Assembly (NCBI GenBank): GCA_034190395.1
Contig: JAXINS010000017.1
Span: 36,179 to 100,178, forward strand
Length of the DNA stretch: 64,000 nt
Origin: Candidatus Chewarchaeum aethiopicum
GTDB lineage: Archaea > Halobacteriota > Halobacteria > Halobacteriales > Hikarchaeaceae
Direction of reading: 5' to 3'
Numbering within the stretch: position 1 is the stretch's first letter; every line of letters begins with the position of its first letter. Shown here piece after piece: positions 9,762-19,908 of the stretch. The notes under the pieces were generated by a model. That model was not told where the DNA came from. It worked only from the letters and a program-made list of their open reading frames with translations, and ran no database searches. Position numbers and translations under genes: made by a program.

Positions 9762-11177
9762 TCACGAGAGGTGTCGCCGGTATCGCTCACGGAGCCGGTG
9801 ACGGTTGAATACGGCCTCGGTTGCGATCCAGCCGGCGAGGATAATGCCGGCCAACAGCGCCCACAGGAAATCCCAGCCCGACATCCAGACCGGATAGATC
9901 CACGGGGCGATGTGAGCCCATCGGGAGGCGAACCAGCGGGCCTGCGATTCGAGGGGGGTCCCAGCGAACGTGCGCACGAGCCGTTGAGCGAACGTCAGGC
10001 GGTCACCGGTCCCGGGGACGAGTCCGGCGCTCCCCGTGACCGTGTAGGTCCCGGAGGCGTTCATATCGGCGATCGTCGGGAGGTCCCCAGCGGACGCCCC
10101 CTCATCGCCGTAGGCGATCCGTTCGGCGTCGTATGTCCCCCAGGGGGCGTACACCTCCCAGACGATCCGGCCGGTCGGTGTGACCTCGATGACACGATGG
10201 TTCAGCGAATCGACCACAAGCGTGTTGCCGTTCGGAAGCCGGTCGGCGTCACGGGGCCAGGAAAACACTTGTGGGCCACCCAGCTCCCAGGTCTGGACCC
10301 ACTCGCCGTCGCGGTAGGCGTACTCGACGATCCGGTCGTTTTCGCTGTCAGCGACCAGTATCGTGGGATTGCCATCGGCCGACTGGAGGTATTGGGGGTT
10401 GTGCTGTTCGTGCATGATGTCGTGTGCATCGTCGGTACCCAGTCGGCGGGTGATGTTTTTGGTCTCCCGATCGATGACGATCACCTGATCGAAGTTCCGC
10501 GGCGAGACGAGATACCGGCCATCGCCGATCTTATCGACGTCGTTGACGTGGGTCCAGTCGTCGTTTTCGCCCCGATAGGCACCCCCACCATCGGCCGTGT
10601 AGCCGTGATTGCGGAACTTCCATTCCCAGACCACGCTGTCGGTCGAACGGTTGTAGATCATCACCCGATCGTTGTTGCGACCGGTCGTGGCGTTGTAGTT
10701 GCGCATGTTCGCGATCAGCAACTGATCGCCGTTGATCAGATCGACGTCATGCGTATCGTGGATGTCGAGGCGTTCGATCCAGACGGGCTGTTGGGTGTCG
10801 GGATCGATCGCCATGACGAGCGTCCCATCGGGGTTCGTCGCCGAGACGAGAACGTTCCCCGACGGAAGGGGATCGACGTCGTAAAACCAGCGGGCACCGG
10901 CTTTCGTCCCATTATAGCGCCACTGCAGCTCGCCACGGGGACCAAAGGCGACCATTCGTGCGGGCTTTTTCGTTGCACCCTTCCCGCGGAAGTGAAAGCC
11001 CTGTACGCCGACGACGGTCGTCCCGTTTGCCGGCTGACGGATGGCGCCGGCCCGCAGGGCACTGTCCTGGGCTTCGTAGGTCGCGGCCGAGATGACCGAT
11101 GGCGTCAACAACAACAAAATGACGGCAACGACAAGTCCTCGGAGCAACCAACGACGAGGGAGAGCACTCGGCTTCAT
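9762..11177 (-). CDS. Arylsulfotransferase (ASST)-like beta-propeller protein, exported, C-terminal TM anchor
   Basis: Signal peptide, HDVD, DWTHVNDV, QHNP, WPRDADRLPNGNTL repeats. Confidence 0.8.
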   Translation of the reverse strand: MKPSALPRRWLLRGLVVAVILLLLTPSVISAATYEAQDSALRAGAIRQPANGTTVVGVQGFHFRGKGATKKPARMVAFGPRGELQWRYNGTKAGARWFYDVDPLPSGNVLVSATNPDGTLVMAIDPDTQQPVWIERLDIHDTHDVDLINGDQLLIANMRNYNATTGRNNDRVMIYNRSTDSVVWEWKFRNHGYTADGGGAYRGENDDWTHVNDVDKIGDGRYLVSPRNFDQVIVIDRETKNITRRLGTDDAHDIMHEQHNPQYLQSADGNPTILVADSENDRIVEYAYRDGEWVQTWELGGPQVFSWPRDADRLPNGNTLVVDSLNHRVIEVTPTGRIVWEVYAPWGTYDAERIAYGDEGASAGDLPTIADMNASGTYTVTGSAGLVPGTGDRLTFAQRLVRTFAGTPLESQARWFASRWAHIAPWIYPVWMSGWDFLWALLAGIILAGWIATEAVFNRHRLRERYRRHLS

Positions 11178-11273
11178 CGCGACGTCTCAGCGGGAGAAAG
11201 GAATGGACCGTTGAGTATCTTCCTATCTATGAAAGGTAGAATGGGGGTGATCGATCCGACGGATGCCGACCGA

Positions 11274-12707
11274 TCAGCGGATGAACCCTCCCGTCCGGAC
11301 GATGAAGTAGATCACGAACGCGATCGCGAGCACCCAGTGGCCAGGGCGAACGTCCTCGGTCCGGCCGGCCGCGGTGGCGACGATGGGATAGGCGATGATG
11401 CCGGCGGCGATCCCCTGTGAGATCGATCGCGTCAGTGGCATGAGCGCGATGGTGAGCGTCGCCGGAATGGCGTGGGTGACGTCATCCCAGTCGATCTCGG
11501 TGATGTTCCGGAACATAAAGACGGCCACCGCCAGGAAGGCGACATACGGCGCGAACGTAGGGATGGCAGCGACGAGTGGGACGAAAATCAATGCAACGAG
11601 GAACAGCCCCGCGACGACGAGTGGCACCATGCCGGTCCGGCCACCCTCCTCGATCCCCGCCGAGGATTCGATAAACGTCGTGACCGTCGACGTGCCGACG
11701 ATGCTGCCGACGGTCGTTCCGATCGCGTCGGCCATCAGGGGTTTGTCCATCTCGCGGAGGTTCCCCTCTTCATCCAGAAAGCCCGCTGCCTGTCCGAGAC
11801 CGGTCACGGTGCCGGCAGTATCGAAGAAGTCCACGAAAAAGAACGTAAAGACGACGAGCGCGAACGACAGCGGTTCAGTATTCATCAATCCCGTGAGGAA
11901 CGCGCCCAACAGCGGCGAAATGTCGTAGGCCGCCGCACTGTAGGTCACCGACTGCAGTCCCGGTGCAAGCGTCGAGAACGCAAGCCCGAGCCCCTCGGGG
12001 AGTTCACCGCTGTATTTCGTGATCCCGGCGCCGGCGGTGGCGTAGGCAGCCAAACTCGCGACGAGGATGCTCAGGATGATCGCCCCCCGGACGTTCCGGG
12101 CATACAGGACGAACGTCAGGAAGATCCCCAACACCGAGAGGATCGCGATCGGATCCTGGGCGAGGACGGGGTTGACCTGGACGATATCGTTCGCATCGGC
12201 GGCGATAATGTGCATGAACTGGAGGCCGATAAGCGCCAGAAACAGCCCGATCGCCGGACCGACCGCCCGTTTGACCGGTTCGGGGAACAGCTGGATGATG
12301 TATTCCCGGGCGCCGACGGCCGTCAGCAACACGAAGATCAGTCCCTCGACGAACACGGCCGCCAGGGCCGTCTGCCAGGAAACGCCCATCTGTGTGACGA
12401 CGATCACGAAGAAGGCGTTCAGCCCCATCCCGGACGCCAGACCGAACGGCCGGTTGGCGTAAAACGCCATGACGAGCATCGCGACGACGGCCGCCAGGAT
12501 CGTGGCGACGGTCAACAGCTGGATCGCCCGGCCTTCCGGCACCCCGAGTTTCTGATCGGTAATGGCGGCACTCAACACGAGGGGATTCACCAGGATGATG
12601 TACGACATCGTCAAAAACGTCGTCAGTCCCGCAAGGAGTTCCGTCCGGAAATCGGTACCATGCTCCCGGAAGCCGAAGTACTCCGCCAGGGCATCGCTGA
12701 CAGCCAT
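11274..12707 (-). CDS. NCS2/AzgA family purine permease
   Basis: ELLAGLTTFLTMSYI, GMGLNAFF, FFVDFFDTAGT, FIESSAG..EGGRTG. Confidence 0.93.
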   Translation of the reverse strand: MAVSDALAEYFGFREHGTDFRTELLAGLTTFLTMSYIILVNPLVLSAAITDQKLGVPEGRAIQLLTVATILAAVVAMLVMAFYANRPFGLASGMGLNAFFVIVVTQMGVSWQTALAAVFVEGLIFVLLTAVGAREYIIQLFPEPVKRAVGPAIGLFLALIGLQFMHIIAADANDIVQVNPVLAQDPIAILSVLGIFLTFVLYARNVRGAIILSILVASLAAYATAGAGITKYSGELPEGLGLAFSTLAPGLQSVTYSAAAYDISPLLGAFLTGLMNTEPLSFALVVFTFFFVDFFDTAGTVTGLGQAAGFLDEEGNLREMDKPLMADAIGTTVGSIVGTSTVTTFIESSAGIEEGGRTGMVPLVVAGLFLVALIFVPLVAAIPTFAPYVAFLAVAVFMFRNITEIDWDDVTHAIPATLTIALMPLTRSISQGIAAGIIAYPIVATAAGRTEDVRPGHWVLAIAFVIYFIVRTGGFIR

Positions 12708-12769
12708 GGTGTACGTTCGGCCAAACGCAAGGAAACCGATTTAAACGTTAATATACTTTCCGCCTTAGT

Positions 12770-12785
12770 TATACATATTAGTGGA
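12770..12785. promoter_or_regulatory. Candidate regulator-binding site upstream of the NCS2 permease
   Basis: TATACATATTAGTGGA matches the reverse complement of 13520-13535 at 14/16 positions. Confidence 0.45.
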
Positions 12786-12789
12786 TATA

Positions 12790-13503
12790 TCAATCAACGA
12801 TCACTAACGCATCGACCGGCACATCGACCCGGTCGCGGGTCCGATCGAGCCCGTCCGCACCAGCCGCAATCAGCGCGAACACGCCCGTTGGCGTCGCTCC
12901 GGCCTGTTCTATCATATTCAACAGGATATCCTGCGTTTCGCCCGAACGGATGAGATCGTCGACGACCAACACCGCATCGGTGGGTGAGATCGCCGATGCC
13001 GGAAGGTAATAGGTGAGCTCGATACCGGAGTCAAGCCGTTTCCGGGCTTCGATAAACTCCTCGACGGCGGTTTCTTTGGTTTTCTTTGCATACACGCACC
13101 GGGCATCGAACTGCCGTGCCATCGCCGCGGCGAGGGTAATGCCATCGGTCGCCGCCGTCAACACGACATCCGGTCGTTGGAAATCGCTAGTTTCGGCAGC
13201 GACAGCGGGGACCAAATCGAGCAACGACTGTTCGAAGACGGCCGCCGTCGTGTCGATGTATCCGTCGGCATCGGTTCGGATGCGGGCGGTGAGTTCCTCG
13301 GCAAGTAGCTCCCGTCCCAGATCGCCGACAATCCGGGCAGCACGATCGATCCCGGGAAGGACATGACCGTTGACATACCGATTGAGATCACCGGTCGGTA
13401 AGTCAGTCACCGTGGCCAGCTCCTCGTAGGTCCGGTGTTCCTTGAGGACCCGGAGGATCTCCACAGCCCGAAGTTGGAGCGTGGCCTTCTCAACCCGGTT
13501 CAT
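12790..13503 (-). CDS. HTH + phosphoribosyltransferase-domain protein (PurR-like regulator)
   Basis: N-terminal HTH (TYEELATVTDLPTGDLNRYVNGHVLP) and PRPP motif VLVVDDLIRSGET. Confidence 0.85.
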   Translation of the reverse strand: MNRVEKATLQLRAVEILRVLKEHRTYEELATVTDLPTGDLNRYVNGHVLPGIDRAARIVGDLGRELLAEELTARIRTDADGYIDTTAAVFEQSLLDLVPAVAAETSDFQRPDVVLTAATDGITLAAAMARQFDARCVYAKKTKETAVEEFIEARKRLDSGIELTYYLPASAISPTDAVLVVDDLIRSGETQDILLNMIEQAGATPTGVFALIAAGADGLDRTRDRVDVPVDALVIVD

Positions 13504-13519
13504 GCTTGATATGCACGAT

Positions 13520-13535
13520 TCCACAAATATGAATA
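13520..13535. promoter_or_regulatory. Candidate autoregulatory site upstream of the HTH-PRT gene
   Basis: TCCACAAATATGAATA, 17-32 nt upstream of the ATG. Near-copy of the 12770-12785 site. Confidence 0.45.
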
Positions 13536-13655
13536 CTATGATCAGTTAGCAGATCTAGATATACACAATCACACAACACTGGAATCCGCTGAACGCGTGA
13601 GTCGAATCGAGGGGCACTAAGAAAAGCAAAGGAGAAACGCCCGTCAAAAGGACGA

Positions 13656-14195
13656 CTACTCGCCGGGATCGGGTTCCTCAGCGGCCAGCAGGTCCGAAGC
13701 CGTCAACAACGATTCGAGTTCGATGCCATGTTCAGCGAGGTTTTCCCGGGCTCCTTCTTCCCGGTCGACGACCACGATAACGCGGTCGACCTTGGCACCG
13801 GCGTCCCGAAGCGCTTCGACGGCCTCGACGGCGCTCGTGCCGGTCGTGGCGATGTCTTCGATGACGACGACTTCCTCACCCGGCTCGAGTCGGCCCTCGA
13901 TGCGGTTGCCGGTACCATAGTCCTTCGCGGCTTTCCGAGCGATAACGTAGGGATTGTCGGTTTCGGCCGCGATGACGGCCACCAATGGAACCGCCCCCAA
14001 CGCGACGCCGGCGAGTTTGGTTGTCCCGACCCGGTCGGCGAACGCCTTCGCGAGCAATCGAAGACAGCGGGGATCGGTCTCGAAGAGGTATTTGTCCACG
14101 TAGTAGTTGCTCGTGCCCCCATGGGAGAGTTCGAATTCGCCGAATTTGACGGCATCAGCCGCACGCAACGCATCGATGAGTTCCTGATCGGCCAT
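13656..14195 (-). CDS. pyrE: Orotate phosphoribosyltransferase
   Basis: [44 protein letters not shown]. Confidence 0.96.
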   Translation of the reverse strand: MADQELIDALRAADAVKFGEFELSHGGTSNYYVDKYLFETDPRCLRLLAKAFADRVGTTKLAGVALGAVPLVAVIAAETDNPYVIARKAAKDYGTGNRIEGRLEPGEEVVVIEDIATTGTSAVEAVEALRDAGAKVDRVIVVVDREEGARENLAEHGIELESLLTASDLLAAEEPDPGE

Positions 14196-14270
14196 CGGTG
14201 GGCGAAACCGGACGGGGAGGAGGTATAAACGCCGCGATCACGCCGATATCGCCGGCTCCACCGGAGCGTG

Positions 14271-14819
14271 TCACCAGGGTTCGTCCTTGAGACCGAGGCC
14301 GTAGGCGATCGCGTTCGTCCCAACGTGCAACAGCGGGGTTACGACGATCACCACGGTCGCGACCGGGAGGGTGAACACCCGGGTCGTCCAGCCCGGGGCG
14401 AAAAGCAGGGCGACCACGAGACCTCCGAGCACGAAGTCCAACTGATCGAGGCCCGGGAACGCAGCGCCCCGTTCACGGCCCGTGCGTCGTTTGAGAAAGG
14501 ACGCCGTGATATCGCCGAGCATCGCCCCCAGGGGAAGCGCGATCGCCGCCCGGATCGGAAACGACGGCAACGCCACGCCGATGGCGGCCGAGACAGGCTC
14601 GACCAGCACGTTCAGCCCCATCGCCAGCACGGATCCAGCGACGATGCCACCGGCCGTTCCGCGCCATGTTTTACCATCGCCCAGTAATCGACGTCCCCGC
14701 CAGGAACGGCCGCCGTCGATCGGCGGTCCGCCACCGACCAACACGGCGGCGTTGTTGGGGATATATGCGGGCAGCATCGCCCAGATCGCCGTCGCAAGGA
14801 CGACATCGAGTGCCACCAT
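14271..14819 (-). CDS. carS: CDP-archaeol synthase
   Basis: PAYIPN, GGGPPIDGG, GDGKTWRG, GDITASFLKRR, LDQLDF. Confidence 0.95.
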   Translation of the reverse strand: MVALDVVLATAIWAMLPAYIPNNAAVLVGGGPPIDGGRSWRGRRLLGDGKTWRGTAGGIVAGSVLAMGLNVLVEPVSAAIGVALPSFPIRAAIALPLGAMLGDITASFLKRRTGRERGAAFPGLDQLDFVLGGLVVALLFAPGWTTRVFTLPVATVVIVVTPLLHVGTNAIAYGLGLKDEPW

Positions 14820-14954
14820 GGTCTCCCCGTGGCTACCGCGGCGGTCGGTGTTAATCGTCCGATTCACGACGGACCGTCTTCGACCCGAAGTTCCCGATCG
14901 CCATCGATCACCGGAGTGGAAAAGTTTAGGTTTCGATTGGCGGATCCTCAGACA

Positions 14955-16067
14955 ATGGCCGACGTCCACACAGACCGGCGTGACCGACTCTTCGAGACGC
15001 TCGATAGCTCGATCGAGGCAGTGATGATCCCGCCGAGCAAGACGATGCGGTATTTCACCGGGCTGGAGATGCACCAAAGCGAACGGCCCACCGTGCTGGT
15101 CTTACAGCGAGGCCAGCCCCCGGCGGTGGTGTTGCCGGCCCTTGAGACCAGCCGGGTCCGGGACGCTCTCGGCGAGGCAGCCGAGTTTTTCATTTACACC
15201 GATGCGACCGATCCCCTCGAAGCCGCCCGGGGAGCCTTCGAGGATCTCCAGGAGGAACGGGCCATCAGCGGTCAGGTCGGGATGGAATACCGTTCGACCC
15301 GCCTGCTCGAGTACGAGCTGATCGCCGACGCCTTCGACTGGGCGGCGATCGTCGACGCCGAGGACGCCATCGCATCGTTGCGGGCCCGCAAGGACGAACA
15401 GGAGATCGAGCACATGCGCGAGGCCGCCGCGATCGTCGACGACATCCTCGAGGCGACCGTCGAGACCGTCGAGCCGGGCATGACTGAACGCGACGTCGCC
15501 CGGGACATCGAAAAACGGACCATCGACAGTCCGGCCGACGAACTCGGCGTCCTGATCGTCACGAGCGGTCCAAACACCGCCAAACCACACACCAACACCA
15601 GCGACCGCGAGATCGAGGCCGGCGATCCACTGATGATCGACGCCGGCGTCGTCTGTGAGGGATATTATTCGGACATCACCCGGACGTTCAACGTCGGCGA
15701 GCCCGACGAGAAATTCCGCGAAATCTACGAGGTCGTCCGTGATGGGGCCCGGGCAGGACGGGCAGCCGTCGAGGAGGGCGTCGAGCTGCAGGCGCTCGAT
15801 CGGGCGGCCCGCGATGTTATCGAGGACGCCGGCTACGGGGAGTATTTCACCCACCGACTGGGCCACGGCCTCGGATTAGAGGGCCACGAACCACCGTACT
15901 TAGTCGAGGGCAACGAGACGCCGCTGGCGGTCGGCAACGCCTTTACCGTCGAACCCGGCGTTTATATTGAGGGGTTCGGTGGGGTACGGATCGAGGACGA
16001 TGTCGTCCTCACCGAGGACGGGACCGAGGTCCTGACGGGGTTCCCGCGGAATCTGCGAATTCTCTAA
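14955..16067 (+). CDS. Xaa-Pro dipeptidase (M24B, canonical metal ligands)
   Basis: IDAG, YYSDITRT, HRLGHGLG, TVEPG, VRIEDD. All five metal ligands are present. Confidence 0.92.
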   Translation: MADVHTDRRDRLFETLDSSIEAVMIPPSKTMRYFTGLEMHQSERPTVLVLQRGQPPAVVLPALETSRVRDALGEAAEFFIYTDATDPLEAARGAFEDLQEERAISGQVGMEYRSTRLLEYELIADAFDWAAIVDAEDAIASLRARKDEQEIEHMREAAAIVDDILEATVETVEPGMTERDVARDIEKRTIDSPADELGVLIVTSGPNTAKPHTNTSDREIEAGDPLMIDAGVVCEGYYSDITRTFNVGEPDEKFREIYEVVRDGARAGRAAVEEGVELQALDRAARDVIEDAGYGEYFTHRLGHGLGLEGHEPPYLVEGNETPLAVGNAFTVEPGVYIEGFGGVRIEDDVVLTEDGTEVLTGFPRNLRIL

Positions 16068-16093
16068 TCGCGACCGGAAGCTCGGCCCCAGAG

Positions 16094-17278
16094 TTACACC
16101 GGCAATTCGGGATAAAACACCGGCTCGCCGTCCCAGACGACGACCGTGGGTGAGGCAGTGGCGCCGATATGGGCGAGGGGATCGTCATCGAACCCGAGGA
16201 CATCCGCCGGTGTCCCCGTTTCGAGAGTCCCCAGTTCGGGCCGCCCGAGTTCGGCCGCCGCCGTCTGGGTCGCCGCGGTTAACGCCGCTCGTTCGTCCAT
16301 GCCGGCCTCGACTAAACAGGTCAACTCCCGATGGAGGCTCGGATGGGGCGTCCCCGGCGAGCCCGCATCGCTGCCGGCGATGATCCGGGCGTCAGCATCG
16401 ATCGTCCGGCGAGCGACCTCCCAGTGGTGTTCGAAGACCTCCTGGGCGTTCTCCCGGGCGTAGGCCGGCGCCGTCTCGGAGGTAGCGATCTCCCGGTAGA
16501 CGTACAGCGTCGGATCATAGGCGATATCCGCCTCGATCAGCTGTTCGAGCGTGCGATCGGCCATGAGATTACCATGTTCGATCGTGTCCACACCGACGGC
16601 GACGGCGTTCTCGATCCCCTCCTGGCCGACGGCATGGGCCGCAACCGGGAGATCAAATCGAGCGGCCTCGTCGACGATCGCTTCGAGTTCGGCCCGAGTC
16701 AGTTCGGTGGCGCCAGGTGCTTCGCCGACGGCCTGGCCGTAGACGCCGCCGGTCGCCGAAACCTTGATCAGATCGGCGCCGGCGCCCCGAAGTTCCCGGA
16801 CCGCCCGGCGACAAGCCTCGGGACCATCGCTCATGATTCCCCAGAAGGGATCGTGGCCGGCGGTGATGATCACCGTCCGGCCGCTCGCGAACGTCCGGGG
16901 GCCGGGGAGTCGGCCCTGGCGGATCGCCGATGCGACGGTGATGGCGATATCGGCGACGCTGCCGACATCACGGACCGTCGTGACACCGTGGCGAAGCTGG
17001 GTACGGGCGTTTTCTAACGCACGGATCAACAACGCCTGTTCGGACTCCGATCGGAGCGTCGCGACGGGATCCGCACTCCCGTCCCAGACGAGATGGACGT
17101 GCATGTCCACCAGCCCGGGCGTGATGAGCGCCACCGACCGTTCGAGTGCGGCGTCACCGGGTTTCTCGCGGAAACAGCCGGCGATAACGCCGTCGTCGAT
17201 CGCCAGCCACCGATCCGACAGCCGGCCGCGATCGGCGTCCCAACAATCGCCGTGTAAGAGAAGATCGAACGATGGCAT
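16094..17278 (-). CDS. Metal-dependent amidohydrolase (prolidase/carboxypeptidase-like subgroup)
   Basis: PGLVDMHVH, GVTTVRDVG, LIKVSATGG, AAHA, IEHG, GSDAG. Confidence 0.88.
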   Translation of the reverse strand: MPSFDLLLHGDCWDADRGRLSDRWLAIDDGVIAGCFREKPGDAALERSVALITPGLVDMHVHLVWDGSADPVATLRSESEQALLIRALENARTQLRHGVTTVRDVGSVADIAITVASAIRQGRLPGPRTFASGRTVIITAGHDPFWGIMSDGPEACRRAVRELRGAGADLIKVSATGGVYGQAVGEAPGATELTRAELEAIVDEAARFDLPVAAHAVGQEGIENAVAVGVDTIEHGNLMADRTLEQLIEADIAYDPTLYVYREIATSETAPAYARENAQEVFEHHWEVARRTIDADARIIAGSDAGSPGTPHPSLHRELTCLVEAGMDERAALTAATQTAAAELGRPELGTLETGTPADVLGFDDDPLAHIGATASPTVVVWDGEPVFYPELPV

Positions 17279-17284
17279 GGGCAG

Positions 17285-18445
17285 TCAGGCGGTGAGCACG
17301 CCGTCGTCGGTGTGAGTGAGCCGTTCGGCGCCGGTGTCGGTGATGATGAACGTATCCGAGTGTCGCAGGGCAACGTCGCGATCCGGGAAGTACAGTCCGG
17401 GTTCGACGCTGATGACCATCCCCATTTCAAGCTGTCCGGACTCGCGGGCGTTCAGCGCCGGCCCCTCGTGAATCGTGATCCCCTCGCCGTGACCGGTGCG
17501 GTGGATGATGTTCTCGGCGTAACCGGCGTCCCGGAGCTCCGAAGCGGTCCACTCGTCGACCTCGTCGGTCCCACGGCCGGCCTCAAGCAGATCCATCGTC
17601 TCACGGCGTACCCGGACCAGCGTCTCCATGGCATCGACGATATCGGCATCGACGTCGCCGACGAGGACGGTTCGTTCCTCCTCACAGACATAGCCCTGCA
17701 GCGACGGGAGCGCAATGCCGACGACGGTCTCGCCGTCGGCGATCGGTTTGGCCGAGGAGATGCTGTGGGGTTCGAGGGCGTGGCCGCCCGACAGCGCGCT
17801 CGCGAAGCCGTACTGGCCCAGCTCGTTGGCCGTCCCGATGTCGTACTCGGGGTAGTGTTCCAGATAGGTCTCATAGAAGGCGTCCTGGATGGCATCGACC
17901 ACCTCCAGTTCCGGCCGGCCGGCGGCCACGGCGTCGGTGTAGGCTTCGATACCCGCCCCTGCGAGGTCGGCGCTCCGGCGCATCATTTCGAGTTCCCACT
18001 CGGTTTTGACCATCCGGCGTTCGAGGAACGTCTCGGTGGCGTCGACGAAGGTGATATCGAGACGCGCATCGAGTGCGTCGACCCACCCGGGTCGGGCATA
18101 AGCCTGATCGTAGCCGATCCGATCGGCGTCGTCGGGGATGGTCCCGGCCAACACGTCGAACGGATCGTCGGCGTCCTCGTAGACGACCGCCCGATCGACC
18201 CAGCCCGTGCGCTCGGCCTTGCGGGCCTCGAGTCGCGGCCCGCCGAACGCGCTCGTCCGATCGGTGACCACCCCGACGACCGGCCGGGAGTACATCCCGG
18301 CGTAGACGCCTGTCAGGTAATAGGAGTTCGCCGGCGAGAGGCCGACCAACCCGTCGAGATCGCTCTCCGAGAGGGCCGTGCGGACCCGATCGAGCCGGTC
18401 AGGGTCGACGAATCGATCGGCCGGCTGTGGAGCGAGTTCACGCAT
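17285..18445 (-). CDS. M24-fold hydrolase, creatinase-like non-canonical active site
   Basis: Creatinase-N-like domain, RMVKTEWELE, GYVCEEERT, HRTGHGEG, SVEPG, LRHSDT. Confidence 0.82.
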   Translation of the reverse strand: MRELAPQPADRFVDPDRLDRVRTALSESDLDGLVGLSPANSYYLTGVYAGMYSRPVVGVVTDRTSAFGGPRLEARKAERTGWVDRAVVYEDADDPFDVLAGTIPDDADRIGYDQAYARPGWVDALDARLDITFVDATETFLERRMVKTEWELEMMRRSADLAGAGIEAYTDAVAAGRPELEVVDAIQDAFYETYLEHYPEYDIGTANELGQYGFASALSGGHALEPHSISSAKPIADGETVVGIALPSLQGYVCEEERTVLVGDVDADIVDAMETLVRVRRETMDLLEAGRGTDEVDEWTASELRDAGYAENIIHRTGHGEGITIHEGPALNARESGQLEMGMVISVEPGLYFPDRDVALRHSDTFIITDTGAERLTHTDDGVLTA

Positions 18446-19622
18446 CGATATTGATGGTCAGGCTGTCGAGGTCACGTGGATAGTACGTCAGCGTCTCGGT
18501 TCCGTCGTCGGTCACCAACACGGTATCGGAGTGTCGGAAGCCGCCGATCTCCGGGACATAAAAGCCCGGTTCGACGGTGTAGAGTTCGCCCGTCCGGAGT
18601 TCGCCCTCATACCCCACATCGAGGAAGGGCCGTTCGTGGCCCTCCATACCGATGTTGTGTCCGATGTGGTGTTGGGTGTAGTTGTCGACGCCCTGTTCCT
18701 CGTAGTAGTCGACGACGGCGTCCTCGACGTAGCCGTACTCGACGCCGGGGGCGATGGCGTCGATCGCGATCTCCTGGGATTCCTGCATGATCTCGAAGTA
18801 ATCGCGCTGTTGGGCGCTTGGCTCGCCGACGATCATCGTCCGCTCGAGTTCGGTCGTATAGCCGCCGACGTGGGGTTTGACGACCGTTACGATGTTGTCA
18901 CCCGGCTCGATTCGGTTCGTCTGGTTGACGCTGTGGGGCAATGCCGTGATCTCACCGGCGGTGAACTTACACATCATCGGGCTCGACCAGTCCATCATCT
19001 CATACCGGTCGCCGAGAGTATCGAGCATGGCCTTCGTGCCTTCGGCCTGGACCTCGGCACTGATCACCGCCGGATAGCGGCCGACGTCGATTTTCTCCTG
19101 GAGCATCCGATGGCCGAGGTTCGACCAGACGCTCGCCTCACGGATCAGCTCGATCTCGTTGTCGCTTTTGACCTCCCGCATGTCGGTGATGTAATCCTCG
19201 ACCCCGACATCGGCATCAATGAGCTCCGAGAGCGCGGGTCCCTCATACCCGTTCCGGGACGGGCTGCCGTCGGAATCGGCCGCGACGCTGCCGGTATCGA
19301 TCCCCAGTTCGGCACACATCTCGGCGACCCGTTCCATGGGCTCGCCTTGGGGATAATCGAAGTAGACGTGAACGTCATCGATGACGAAGTCATCGCGTTC
19401 GGCGTGTTCCTTTTCGAGTCTGGGCACGACGATCTCGGAACCCTGATCGGAGATGCCAAGCGCTACAGGGCGTTCGGTCGGGAGATGATACATACCACTG
19501 ACGTAGTGGATATCCAATGCACCAAAGAGAACGACCCCATCGTAGCCATCGGCCTGGGCGGCCTCAAGGACACCGTCCATCCGTTCGCGGTGCTCGGCTT
19601 GCGGAATCTTGAGCGTCTGCAT
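18438..19622 (-). CDS. M24-fold hydrolase, creatinase-like non-canonical active site
   Basis: REVKSDNEIE, GYTTELERT, HHIGHNIG, TVEPG, FRHSDT. Confidence 0.82.
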   Translation of the reverse strand: MQTLKIPQAEHRERMDGVLEAAQADGYDGVVLFGALDIHYVSGMYHLPTERPVALGISDQGSEIVVPRLEKEHAERDDFVIDDVHVYFDYPQGEPMERVAEMCAELGIDTGSVAADSDGSPSRNGYEGPALSELIDADVGVEDYITDMREVKSDNEIELIREASVWSNLGHRMLQEKIDVGRYPAVISAEVQAEGTKAMLDTLGDRYEMMDWSSPMMCKFTAGEITALPHSVNQTNRIEPGDNIVTVVKPHVGGYTTELERTMIVGEPSAQQRDYFEIMQESQEIAIDAIAPGVEYGYVEDAVVDYYEEQGVDNYTQHHIGHNIGMEGHERPFLDVGYEGELRTGELYTVEPGFYVPEIGGFRHSDTVLVTDDGTETLTYYPRDLDSLTINIDA

Positions 19623-19908
19623 CGATCATATATCCCGATAGCGCGGCCATTAATCTAGCGCTCATTTCAACCGAGGTGAAAACGAGGACGATATTACGGC
19701 CAAACGGACCGATTGATCCGACAGAGTAACCGAAGAGGAGATCGTTGAAAAGAGCGCTCCGGACCGTTAGTCGATGGCAATCGATTATGAGAGAGCCGGA
19801 GTCGAGTACTGATCCGCCAAACATCATGAGGAGCGCCTCTCTCGGTATAACTGAGTGGATAGAGGCAGTACCATTATATGCAAAAGGTCCAAAACATGGT
19901 CCCGTACC

